Shown here in pieces: positions 17,914-27,093 of a stretch of DNA of 64,000 nt. This DNA is from an uncultured Dehalococcoidales bacterium (GTDB lineage: Bacteria > Chloroflexota > Dehalococcoidia > GIF9 > AB-539-J10). Within the stretch, counting starts at the first letter, position 1. Every line of letters starts with the position of its first letter. Both the position numbers and the translations under genes were made by a program. Location of the stretch: contig CAZPGJ010000001.1 of assembly GCA_964586515.1 (NCBI GenBank), forward strand, positions 158,390-222,389, read 5' to 3'. The notes under the pieces are model-generated. The model did not search any database and was not told the DNA's origin. It worked only from the letters and a program-made list of their open reading frames with translations.

Positions 17914-18540
17914 TCATTTTGCTTTGGTGAAAATCTTCACATCATAAGTCAGATATTTACACCTGATATCATGCCATTCTTTATATTCAGAATTCTGCGC
18001 TAACCGGCCAAGGTGTCTTAGTATCAAGTAATATATTCCCATGACAGGCCTCGTCTTAATATTAATTTGATTCGATGTGACAAAGATACCGTTATTTTTC
18101 ACAATTTGGGTTATAGATCTTAGATAATGTATCAAATTCAGTTGAGTGAACAATCTAGGGAACAAATAGTAGAGCAATTCACTTTGGATAATAACATCAA
18201 AGGTATTTTCTGGAAAATGGGCCTGCTTGAATAGCTCTATTATATCTGCTTCAATAATGTTTACATTCTGACAATACTCGCAATTTTGTTTCGCCCTCTC
18301 AACGGCATTTTCTGATATATCTATGCCTAATATGCTGGCCTCTGGAAATGCTCTTGCTAGCATCAGCGTATGAGCCCCCTCGGCGCATCCTATTTCGAGA
18401 ATATTCTGAGGGTGAACAGCATATTGTTTGATAGCCTCTATCTGCCTAACGTATTTTCCTTTTTCATATTCACATGAGAAATACCTCCAGGGATCTTCTT
18501 TCTTAAATCTTTCTTCAAAATATCCTTTCCCGAATATCAT
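17914..18540 (-). CDS. Class I SAM-dependent methyltransferase (low-GC gene)
   Basis: Motif I ILEIGCAEGAHT and post-I DISENAV. The surrounding ~800 bp is markedly AT-richer than the rest of the window. Confidence 0.7.
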   Translation of the reverse strand: MIFGKGYFEERFKKEDPWRYFSCEYEKGKYVRQIEAIKQYAVHPQNILEIGCAEGAHTLMLARAFPEASILGIDISENAVERAKQNCEYCQNVNIIEADIIELFKQAHFPENTFDVIIQSELLYYLFPRLFTQLNLIHYLRSITQIVKNNGIFVTSNQINIKTRPVMGIYYLILRHLGRLAQNSEYKEWHDIRCKYLTYDVKIFTKAK

Positions 18541-18573
18541 CTTGATATCTTCGCAATTTGAGAGTCATGCTGA

Positions 18574-19293
18574 CTAGCCTTGTGCCTCTCGATTCAAGGC
18601 GACTTCCTTCAATGTTATGAATCTTGTCCCTCGGGCATGCAGATAACTTATCGCCCTGTCTAGCATATTCAATGCTTTATCCCCAGTGGCAAATCTCATG
18701 TCGAATCTGACATTCGACATTTTGACCAGCTCCCAGGGATGGTAATCCAGGACGACCAAGGGCAAGAAGCAAAGACATAGACTTAACCCTCGCCGGGAAA
18801 GCCAGCTCGGCAAACGAAGAAAGCTAGATGGCAAAGTATTAGGAATTTCTACAAGGCTGGACCTGTTCTTTTTCGGAGCCCGTTTATAACTCACTTCCGA
18901 AGCATCATAGATATATCCAATTTGCTCTAAGATGGCAAGGGTTTGCACGGTCAATTTGAAATTAGGCGCCCTGAATCCCAGAGGCTTTGTCCCTGTTACT
19001 TCTTGCAAAATCTGTGTTGCCTTCTGAATCCGCTTCCGTTGCTCCTCCACAGCCAACATGTCAAACCTTTCGTGCTCATATCCATGACACGAAATTTCAT
19101 GCCTCTGCGAAATCTCAGCAATAAGTCCAGGAAATCTTTCTGCAGCCAGTCCCGTTATAAAGAAGGTAGCTGGCACATCGTGTTTGGCGAGAACTTCTAG
19201 CATTAACGGTAACCCTTTCTCTACACCCTGCCATGTGTTGAGAAAGGGTGGAGCGTCTTGCTCAACGTCAATAGTGAGGGCGACTTGAGTCAT
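18574..19293 (-). CDS. Polysaccharide deacetylase (NodB-homology / CE4 family)
   Basis: NodB motifs (TIDVE.D; HGYEH; RAPNF). Confidence 0.7.
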   Translation of the reverse strand: MTQVALTIDVEQDAPPFLNTWQGVEKGLPLMLEVLAKHDVPATFFITGLAAERFPGLIAEISQRHEISCHGYEHERFDMLAVEEQRKRIQKATQILQEVTGTKPLGFRAPNFKLTVQTLAILEQIGYIYDASEVSYKRAPKKNRSSLVEIPNTLPSSFLRLPSWLSRRGLSLCLCFLPLVVLDYHPWELVKMSNVRFDMRFATGDKALNMLDRAISYLHARGTRFITLKEVALNREAQG

Positions 19294-20422
19294 TTTCTTG
19301 TAACACTTCTTCGTAAACTCGAAACGTCCGTTCGGCAGCCAATTTCCACGTAAATCTGCCAGCGGTTTCCACGGCGTTTGCGCTAATCTTCTTTGCCAGC
19401 TCCCTATCTTGAATCAGACGAATTATTGCCTTTGCCATAGCATTATCATCTCCCGGAGGATACAGGAGCGCATTGAAACCGTCTTGGAAAACTTCGGGAA
19501 CCCCACCTGAGTTTGAGCATACTACTGGCACACCCGCGGCTGAAGCTTCCAGCAATGCTAGCCCAAAGGATTCCACTTCAGATGGTAAAGCAAAAATATC
19601 AGCCGCTGCCAGGAGCTGAGCGACTCTTTCCTTCGACAGTCCTCCCACCATGAATACTGAATTTGTAATGTTCAAACTTCTGATCTGGCGAGATAAATTA
19701 TCCTTTTCCCGGCCGGAGCCGGCGATAACCAGCTTGGCATCTGGAACGACTTTCAATACCTTGGCAAAGGCTGATATGAGCAGTTCCGGGTTTTTCCGCT
19801 TGATCAAACGCGACACCGTCACTACAAGAGGCTCGTCACCAATACCCAATTCCTCTCGCATCAGGGAAGCATCTAGCTTCCCATTGAAGCACGACAGGTC
19901 AACACCATTTGGGACAACTGTTATTCTCTTTTCGGGAAAGCCCAACAAATGGGAGAAGCGCGCCGCCGCCCGACTTACGGCTATCAGCCGGTCAGCCCTT
20001 CTGAGCGCCCAGTCTACTAAGGGGCGCTGCAGGAATATCGAAAAACCTGAGTTCATCACTGTGTGGCAGGTTATGACACAAGGGATTCGGTGTCTGTGTG
20101 CAAAAGCGATCACTATCAACGCCATAGAAGAATAAATATCCAGCCCATGGACCACATCGAATTTCCCGTCCAGGATGTATCTATGGCAGTGGCGAAAAAT
20201 AAGTGGCGAAGCGGCACGGTGGAGATTATTTAGCACCAAGCCTTTAACCCGCTTGATTTTAACCCCAGCAATTTCTTCTTCTTCAGGTTGCCCAGGATGT
20301 GCACGGGTGATCACCACAACTTCTATACCTAGCTTAACCAACTGAAGACTTAACTCAAAAGCATAATGAGGGGCACCACCTATATCAGGGTAGTACTCGT
20401 CACCAACTAATGCTGCGCGCAT
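19268..20422 (-). CDS. Glycosyltransferase family 4 (GT-B)
   Basis: C-terminal E-x7-E-like motif PSEVESFGLALLEASAAGVPVV and an N-terminal GT4 domain. Confidence 0.8.
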   Translation of the reverse strand: MRAALVGDEYYPDIGGAPHYAFELSLQLVKLGIEVVVITRAHPGQPEEEEIAGVKIKRVKGLVLNNLHRAASPLIFRHCHRYILDGKFDVVHGLDIYSSMALIVIAFAHRHRIPCVITCHTVMNSGFSIFLQRPLVDWALRRADRLIAVSRAAARFSHLLGFPEKRITVVPNGVDLSCFNGKLDASLMREELGIGDEPLVVTVSRLIKRKNPELLISAFAKVLKVVPDAKLVIAGSGREKDNLSRQIRSLNITNSVFMVGGLSKERVAQLLAAADIFALPSEVESFGLALLEASAAGVPVVCSNSGGVPEVFQDGFNALLYPPGDDNAMAKAIIRLIQDRELAKKISANAVETAGRFTWKLAAERTFRVYEEVLQENDSSRPHY

Positions 20423-20428
20423 CTATAC

Positions 20429-21613
20429 TCAACTCTGAACTTCAGGTTTTGCTGCCATCTTGACTCCCAGATAGGAGAAGACTACAGCCCCTACTATAGT
20501 GCTCAAAACAAACGAGATTCCTCGTTCAATCACTGTTGCTGCCATTGCCAGATCTAGAGGAACACCGAAAAGGGCAAAAACCGAGATTAACGACCCTTCA
20601 ATAAGAACTAAACCTCCGGGTAGAAATGGAATAAGACCAACGATAGTCGGAAGTGAGGAGGCAATTAACAACATGGAAATTGGGGGATGATAGCCCAAGG
20701 CTAGGAATATAGTGTAAAGTCGAAAAACGTCAAGCGCCCCAATTAATAATGCCAGACTCCCTATCACCAATACCTTCTTCCATTTGTCTATCGTTGCATA
20801 AGAACTTGAATAGAAAGCCTCAATTCCTTCTATTGTTTCTTGAACTTTCCCACGCTTTCCAAACCAACCGAGAACACGGCTTGTAATGCTGCTTATACCC
20901 TTCACTGCAACCCTTTTTCTGAAAAAGATGCGGGGAATAAAGACTGCTGCAAAAGCGGCTAAAGCCCATACTGCTATGAGAATCAAAGTTAACTGGAGTG
21001 ACCCTCTCCCAAATTGCAGAAGCAAGCCTGCCATAAAAAAAGAGATAACAATCAGAGGAGTCAGAGCGTGCTCACCAATGATAGAAGCCATGCCTGACGA
21101 ATAACTCGTATTCTCCAGTCTATGCATCATATAAACTCTTCCAAATGGGTCGCCACCAACACGTGCTCCAGGAGTAATATTATTAAGGAAAATGGTTGCG
21201 CACAGTATCAGGTAACGAACACCGAAGCTTATTCGACTGTTTATGAAAGAAAGTGCAACTTGCCAGCGGCTAGCCCAAAGCCCCACGCTGAGAAAATATA
21301 CGGCTATGGCTGCTACAATAAGTAAGCGGTTGGCACTCCTGATAGCTCCAAACATCTGATAAAAATTCTCACGCGATAGAAGCCATCCAGCTACTGCCAT
21401 GAGAACAATAGCGAGAACCGCCAAGAAAACCGCCCTGCGCAGGTTTATCTTTGGCTTATACTCATCCATGCTGACACCGAAGTTACCACCGGCACCGAAC
21501 TTTGGCAACAGTCTGTCAAAAATATGAATAATATGTATCCTAGTTGGAGCCCAAAACAGCGACCAACGTTTGAGAGCTAACTCACCATTGTGTTTGCCGG
21601 TTTTAGTCGCCAA
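20429..21613 (-). CDS. Integral membrane protein, UPF0104 / lysylphosphatidylglycerol-synthase-TM-like (flippase-like) family
   Basis: About 8 predicted TM helices; family-like topology; adjacent to the GT4 and CE4 genes. Confidence 0.55.
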   Translation of the reverse strand: MATKTGKHNGELALKRWSLFWAPTRIHIIHIFDRLLPKFGAGGNFGVSMDEYKPKINLRRAVFLAVLAIVLMAVAGWLLSRENFYQMFGAIRSANRLLIVAAIAVYFLSVGLWASRWQVALSFINSRISFGVRYLILCATIFLNNITPGARVGGDPFGRVYMMHRLENTSYSSGMASIIGEHALTPLIVISFFMAGLLLQFGRGSLQLTLILIAVWALAAFAAVFIPRIFFRKRVAVKGISSITSRVLGWFGKRGKVQETIEGIEAFYSSSYATIDKWKKVLVIGSLALLIGALDVFRLYTIFLALGYHPPISMLLIASSLPTIVGLIPFLPGGLVLIEGSLISVFALFGVPLDLAMAATVIERGISFVLSTIVGAVVFSYLGVKMAAKPEVQS

Positions 21614-21805
21614 AGCTATTGCCGCATATTATAGCCTGCTCCAGTAATTTGTGGAAGGGGTCAAATTAAATCGTCCACTCTAGTTCTTAAAGTCCTGCTT
21701 TTGCCCTCGTTCCCTCTGGACTATCAATTCTTCCCTTTGCAATTGCCTGAATGTCTCGCTTTCTCCTTGCCTGAGTTGTCAGTAGGGGTTAAAACTGCTA
21801 GATTT

Positions 21806-22924
21806 ATGTCAATGTCTTACCGTCGCATAGTGGCTAAATTCGGCACAAGCCTCCTTACCTCGGGCACTGACCACCTCGACTTGAAAGTTATGTCAAGTTT
21901 GGTGGAGCAGCTAGCCCGACTCCATGGCCAGGGGAAGGAGATAGTCATAATCTCTTCCGGAGCTATCGTCTCAGGAAGACAGAAGCTCAAGAAAGTTCCA
22001 GAACGCAAGAACACTCCTTTCAAACAGGTACTGGCTTCGGTGGGCCAAAGCCACCTCATGTATACCTATGAACAACTTTTCAGCCAGTATGATATAACCG
22101 TGGCCCAGGCATTGCTCACCAAGGGAGACCTCTCCGACCGGAGTGGCTATCTTAATGCCCGCAATACCCTGCTGGCCCTTATCGAGCTGGGCATAATCTG
22201 CATTGTCAATGAGAATGACGTTGTCGCCATTGATGAGATTGAAGAGCTCAAATTCGGGGATAATGATAACCTTTCCGCCATGGTGGCTAATCTGGTTGAC
22301 GCTGACATTTTAATCATGCTCACCGACATCGGCGGGTTATACACTGCCGACCCGCATTACAATCCCCAAGCTCAACTTATTCGCCGGGTGGACAAGATTG
22401 ACGCCAAAATTGAACGCATGGCTAGCGATACTGCCAGCCACCAGGGGATCGGCGGCATGGCGACTAAGGTTGAGGCAGCCAAGTTAGCTACTTGTTCAGG
22501 GGTAAACGTAGTCATCGTCAATGGACGAGAACCTGACATACTGGTGAGGATTAGCCAGGAAGAAGACATAGGCACTTTCTTTCCTGCGCCGGTAAATAAG
22601 ATGGAGAGCAAAAAGAGGTGGATGCTCAGCGGGCTGGCTTCCAAGGGCAAGGTCACGGTGGACAAAGGCGCTGTCTTAGCCCTCAAGGAGCACAATAAGA
22701 GCCTGCTCCCTGCGGGGATTATGAAAGCTGAGGGGAAGTTCCAGCGCGGCGATATTGTGGATATACTCGACGAGAAGGGCAAACACATCGGCTGTGGTAT
22801 TTCCAACTATAGCTCTTCTGATTTAGCTATCATCGGAGGGAAGCACTCTGATAAAATCCCCAGTCTCCTCGGCTACGATTATGGCGACGAAGTGGTTCAC
22901 AGGAACAATATGGTGATATTATGA
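21806..22924 (+). CDS. proB: Glutamate 5-kinase with C-terminal PUA domain
   Basis: ORF 21701..22924; conserved start MSMSYRRIVAKFGTSLLT at 21806. Amino-acid kinase fold plus PUA domain. Confidence 0.85.
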   Translation: MSMSYRRIVAKFGTSLLTSGTDHLDLKVMSSLVEQLARLHGQGKEIVIISSGAIVSGRQKLKKVPERKNTPFKQVLASVGQSHLMYTYEQLFSQYDITVAQALLTKGDLSDRSGYLNARNTLLALIELGIICIVNENDVVAIDEIEELKFGDNDNLSAMVANLVDADILIMLTDIGGLYTADPHYNPQAQLIRRVDKIDAKIERMASDTASHQGIGGMATKVEAAKLATCSGVNVVIVNGREPDILVRISQEEDIGTFFPAPVNKMESKKRWMLSGLASKGKVTVDKGAVLALKEHNKSLLPAGIMKAEGKFQRGDIVDILDEKGKHIGCGISNYSSSDLAIIGGKHSDKIPSLLGYDYGDEVVHRNNMVIL

Positions 22925-22957
22925 ATAGCTTTGTTGAGAGTTAGATAAGCAAAGGAA

Positions 22958-23218
22958 ATGCCAAGGTACACTCGAGCTCCTGCTTTAAGTGGCAAGCAAT
23001 TAATCAGACTATTACGGAAAGATGAGTGGATACTCAAAGGACGAACCAGGCATGGTGTGGCATTGGCAAAGCATTTTGGAGACCGCACCAAAGTTACAGT
23101 AATACCGGATACCAACGCATCACTCGATGATGGCACACTAGCCGCAATATTAGGTGTCAAACAGACAGGTATCGGCAAGAAGGGCTTACTCGATTTACTT
23201 AATAAGTTTGGATTATAG
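22958..23218 (+). CDS. hicA: HicA-family (YcfA-like) mRNA-interferase toxin
   Basis: 86 aa; the C-terminal pattern VTVIPDTNASLDDGTLAAILGVKQTGI matches HicA (..vP.H....l..GTl..Ilkqagl). Confidence 0.55.
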   Translation: MPRYTRAPALSGKQLIRLLRKDEWILKGRTRHGVALAKHFGDRTKVTVIPDTNASLDDGTLAAILGVKQTGIGKKGLLDLLNKFGL

Positions 23219-23220
23219 CA

Positions 23221-23553
23221 TCATGCAGCACTGGCTTTGGAGAGCCGCTGCACATGCGGTTCGACAAAAGTACTTGTTCTGGGTGATACGCAAACTGTAA
23301 TATTCTTCCTGGGTCTAGTACGATGAAATTCTATATTATTCTCCCTGAAAAACCGTTGCCGTTCTCCCACATCCTCAAGAGTGTTTAGATGAAGCAATAC
23401 AGCTTCCTTAATCCTTTTGTCTGCTTCTGGTAGAGAGCGACCGAAGGTTGCTGTACCAAGCTCTTTGCAATATGCAGTCCACCGCCTACCGACTCTGCGG
23501 AATTCGAGCGTCAAAACTACATATCCTGGAACCCCCACAATTCCCTCCTTCAT
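23221..23553 (-). CDS. hicB: HicB-family antitoxin (N-terminal RNase-H-like/UPF0150 domain); convergent with hicA
   Basis: GYVVLTLEFRRVGRRWTAYCKELGTATFGRSLPEADKRIKEAVLLHL matches the HicB N-domain pattern. Confidence 0.55.
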   Translation of the reverse strand: MKEGIVGVPGYVVLTLEFRRVGRRWTAYCKELGTATFGRSLPEADKRIKEAVLLHLNTLEDVGERQRFFRENNIEFHRTRPRKNITVCVSPRTSTFVEPHVQRLSKASAA

Positions 23554-24057
23554 TGTTTATTCAGGCAATTAAGACCCTTGCGTAGCAATCTGTACATCAA
23601 TATAATAGCATTTGTCAATATTTACGGCAAATTATTACTTGTCTTTAAGGGGTAGTTGCAGAATGATATATAAAAATAGCTCCCGGTGGTAGGACCCCAC
23701 GCCTGTACAGACGCTGCCATCTTCAGCAGATGACCAACCATTCCCCAGGAGCTTTTCTTACTACTATCAAAATTATAGTAAAATGTTATAGTATTGTCAA
23801 TATTTGATTGGCATTTGCAACGAGGTGGGGTTATGGATAAATTGAAAACCAATGTTTTGTATTATGGCTACAAGGTGATTCACGGGAACACCATGGTGTT
23901 TATCGTGAACAGTATGAAAACAAGTTTAAGGAGTATAAGTGAATAGTCATCTCATAGAAATCCTTGAGGACGAAGAACTCAAAGCTAGAATACAGAGGAA
24001 ATTGCCCTACTTATTTAACATTGCTGAGCTAGAAAGCTCCCGAGCAGGAAAAATTGG

Positions 24058-24570
24058 ATGCAGGTGGGCTCGCTTAGGGAAAACGTTATAATAGCTCTAC
24101 TTATATATAAATTCGGAGAACAAAACGTAGAAACCGAGATTCCCATTACCGAGCCAGAAGTTGATGTCAGATTATTTGGTCAACCCGTGTCTATCAAGAC
24201 AATTACAGGTAAAAGGTTTAGTGGAGTTAAGATTATATGGACAGTTGATGCTCAGAAAGCACGGCAATTTCGACAGAGCTACTATCCTCGATGTGATACT
24301 TTATTCGTGCAGGTTAATTGGGGTGGTAAGGGCGGACTTTACTACTTACCATTAGAGGTTCAAACAAAGGTATTTAATGCAATAGGCAGAGCAGCGTATA
24401 TTAAACTTCCTAAGCCAGGGACAAATCCGAGAGGCGTGGAAATCACTAACGAGGCGTTAGAGGCTGTAGTTACCGATAAAGAGTCCAAAGCTATTGAGAT
24501 ACGTTGGCAAAGAACAGAAATAGACTATGATCCATACCAGAGATGGGTTGACCACTGGAGGGAGGAATGA
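24058..24570 (+). CDS. Hypothetical protein, candidate small type II restriction endonuclease; possibly frame-disrupted at the 5' end
   Basis: 170-aa ORF overlapping the downstream methyltransferase start by 4 nt (ATGA). A further ~40-codon open frame (VNSHLIEILEDEELKARIQRKLPYLFNIAELESSRAGKIG) runs into its start in another frame. No confidently recognisable catalytic motif. Confidence 0.35.
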   Translation: MQVGSLRENVIIALLIYKFGEQNVETEIPITEPEVDVRLFGQPVSIKTITGKRFSGVKIIWTVDAQKARQFRQSYYPRCDTLFVQVNWGGKGGLYYLPLEVQTKVFNAIGRAAYIKLPKPGTNPRGVEITNEALEAVVTDKESKAIEIRWQRTEIDYDPYQRWVDHWREE

Positions 24571-25595
24571 AGATGAAAAGAGGGACTAAGACAAGTTCAT
24601 TTGGTTCGCCAGGGCGCATAAACCACGATTCCACTCGCTTCTACGCCAGCAGACTCTATGAAAGTCTGCCTAAAGAAGAAAAAGGCGCATATGTAGAAAA
24701 TCCTATTCCTCCCGAATTCCTTGATAAAGTATTCTGTAAATCAAGCGAAAAGATGGCGGAATTACCTGACAATAGTGTTCACATAATGGTAACTTCTCCA
24801 CCCTACAACGTAGGCAAACAGTATGATGAGGATTTGACGCTCGAAGGATACAAAGAGTTTCTAAAAAGGGTATGGCAAGAAGTCTACAGAGTGCTTGTGC
24901 CCGGTGGCAGAGCTTGTATAAATATCGCCAACCTCGGGAGAAAACCATATATTCCACTCCACGCTTTTGTCGTTGAAGATATGCTTGAGTTAGGCTTTCT
25001 TATGCGAGGAGAGATTATCTGGAACAAGGCTTCAAGCTCTAGCCCCTCCATGGCTTGGGGAAGCTGGCTTTCTGCGGCTAACCCAACACTGAGAGATATT
25101 CACGAATATATATTAGTTTTTTCTAAAGGAACTTTTGCTCGAAAGAAACAGCCGAATAGAAATAGCACTATATCTAGAGAAGAATTTCTTGAATTAACCA
25201 AGAGTGTGTGGACATTCCCTGCAGAGCAGGCAAAGAGTATCGGGCATCCCGCGCCTTTCCCCGTGGAGTTACCATATAGGCTCATCCAACTCTATACTTA
25301 CGAGGGAGATGTTGTCTTGGACCCCTTTATGGGAAGCGGGCAAGCAGCTATAGCCGCGATAAAAACGAGACGACACTATATAGGCTATGATATAAATGAG
25401 GAATATGTTAAGCTGGCAGAGAGACGAATTAGAAGATTTAGCTATGTCCAAGATGTTCCTGCAATGTTTGATTTCATAGTCAAAGAGAACAGAGCAGACA
25501 TAGCTATAGAGGAAGAGTCAGAAGGCGAAAAACAGGGGAAGGCGAACTATGAAATCAGCCGTAAAAGAGCTGGAAGAGAAGGGAAAGGCAGCTAA
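24567..25595 (+). CDS. DNA methyltransferase, beta-class N4-cytosine/N6-adenine family (TSPPY motif IV preceding DPFMGSGQAA motif I); likely m4C
   Basis: Motif order IV then I with SPPY and FxGxG, typical of the PF01555 N4/N6 methyltransferases. Confidence 0.8.
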   Translation: MKMKRGTKTSSFGSPGRINHDSTRFYASRLYESLPKEEKGAYVENPIPPEFLDKVFCKSSEKMAELPDNSVHIMVTSPPYNVGKQYDEDLTLEGYKEFLKRVWQEVYRVLVPGGRACINIANLGRKPYIPLHAFVVEDMLELGFLMRGEIIWNKASSSSPSMAWGSWLSAANPTLRDIHEYILVFSKGTFARKKQPNRNSTISREEFLELTKSVWTFPAEQAKSIGHPAPFPVELPYRLIQLYTYEGDVVLDPFMGSGQAAIAAIKTRRHYIGYDINEEYVKLAERRIRRFSYVQDVPAMFDFIVKENRADIAIEEESEGEKQGKANYEISRKRAGREGKGS

Positions 25596-26907
25596 GGCAG
25601 CTTCGAGAAAGCTGGCGTTCCTTTCTACGGAAGTTAAGAATAAGGCTTTGGTCAATATCGCTGAGGCTCTTATCGCTAGAAAGGACGAAATCTTAGCTGC
25701 CAACAAGATTGATTACGAGGAGGCGAAGGCTTCAGGGATGAATGAAGCCATGCTGGACAGGCTTATGCTGTCGCCATCTCGCCTGGAAGGCATAGCCCAG
25801 GATACAAGAACAGTGGCGGCGCTGCCTGACCCGGTAGGCGAGGTGTTCGAGATGCGGACCTTGCCCAATGGTTTACAGATAAGCAAGAGGCGAGTCCCCC
25901 TGGGAGTCATTGGTGCGATATATGAGAGCCGCCCCAATGTCACCATAGACATATCGAGCCTGTGCCTTAAATCAGGCAACGCCGTCATCCTCCGTGGTGG
26001 CAAGGAAACCATAAATTCGAACAAGGCCTTAGCCAGGGTAGCTCAAGAAGCCTGTGACCAGGCCGGCGTGCCCCAGGGAGCCATCCAGCTTATCGAGTCC
26101 ACAGAACGGACTTTAGTCAATCACATGCTCAAGATGAAGGGAATAATTGACTTGATGATTCCCCGCGGCGGCGCTGGTTTGATAAAGCTTGTCTCGGAGA
26201 ATGCCGCTATGCCGGTAATTACCGGCGGCATCGGTGTCTGCCATACCTATGTGGACAAGAGTGCCGACGTGAACAAAGCGGTTGCCATCGCCTATAATGC
26301 CAAAGTCCAGCGCCCTACCGTGTGCAATGCTCTCGATTGCATTCTGGTCCATAATCAGATTGCTCAAGCTTACCTGCCGGCTATCGCCAAAGAGTGGGCC
26401 AAGGCCGGCGTGGAAATGCACTGCGACAAGCGAGCCTTGGCTATACTTAAGCAATGTCATTGCGAGCGACCTGCCCGCCTGCTCGCCGTACAACTTCGGC
26501 AGGCGAGCCAAGGCTTGGCAGGCGGGAGCGAAGCAACCTCCCCACCCTTAAAGCTAGTCCCGGCCACAGATGAGGACTGGGGGAAGGAATATCTATCCTT
26601 GAAAGCGGCTATTAAAGTGCTTGACTCTCTGGACGAAGCTCTGGAGCACATTGAGAAATATGGCTCGGGGCACTCCGAAGCTATCGTTACCGAAGACCAT
26701 TCGGCAGCAATGCGCTTCCTCAACGAAGTGGATGCCGCCTGTGTTTATGCCAATGCCAGCACTCGGTTCACCGACGGGGGGCAGTTTGGATTAGGCGCTG
26801 AGATAGGCATAAGCACGCAGAAATTTCACGCCCGCGGTCCCATGGCATTGAAAGAGCTAACCAGTTACAAGTGGATTATCGTGGGCAGCGGGCAAGTTCG
26901 GCCTTAG
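25549..26907 (+). CDS. proA: Gamma-glutamyl phosphate reductase with an in-frame ~85-bp repeat insertion
   Basis: Aldehyde-dehydrogenase-fold ProA motifs throughout. Residues CERPARLLAVQLRQASQGLAGGSEATS are encoded by the repeat at 26456-26540. Confidence 0.85.
   Translation: MKSAVKELEEKGKAAKAASRKLAFLSTEVKNKALVNIAEALIARKDEILAANKIDYEEAKASGMNEAMLDRLMLSPSRLEGIAQDTRTVAALPDPVGEVFEMRTLPNGLQISKRRVPLGVIGAIYESRPNVTIDISSLCLKSGNAVILRGGKETINSNKALARVAQEACDQAGVPQGAIQLIESTERTLVNHMLKMKGIIDLMIPRGGAGLIKLVSENAAMPVITGGIGVCHTYVDKSADVNKAVAIAYNAKVQRPTVCNALDCILVHNQIAQAYLPAIAKEWAKAGVEMHCDKRALAILKQCHCERPARLLAVQLRQASQGLAGGSEATSPPLKLVPATDEDWGKEYLSLKAAIKVLDSLDEALEHIEKYGSGHSEAIVTEDHSAAMRFLNEVDAACVYANASTRFTDGGQFGLGAEIGISTQKFHARGPMALKELTSYKWIIVGSGQVRP
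26456..26540 (+). repeat. Full-length copy of the ~85-bp structured repeat, in frame in proA (a different reading frame from the pyrC/pyrK copies)
   Basis: Two substitutions (GTACAACTTCGG, GCAACCTC) relative to the consensus. Confidence 0.85.
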
Positions 26908-27093
26908 CCTTCGCATCCTTAAGACAGAAGCATCACGAGACCGAGCCGTACATTCTCAAGAGTTCGGCTCGGGAGGGCCAAACCGCCTTAACCTTCACGG
27001 TTTTACGAGAGGGAGTATGCCCCTCAAGTATTCATCGGCTCCAGGCGAGGAGAACTTCTGCCAAAAGCGGCAGGCTGAGAATACTGCCTGAAG

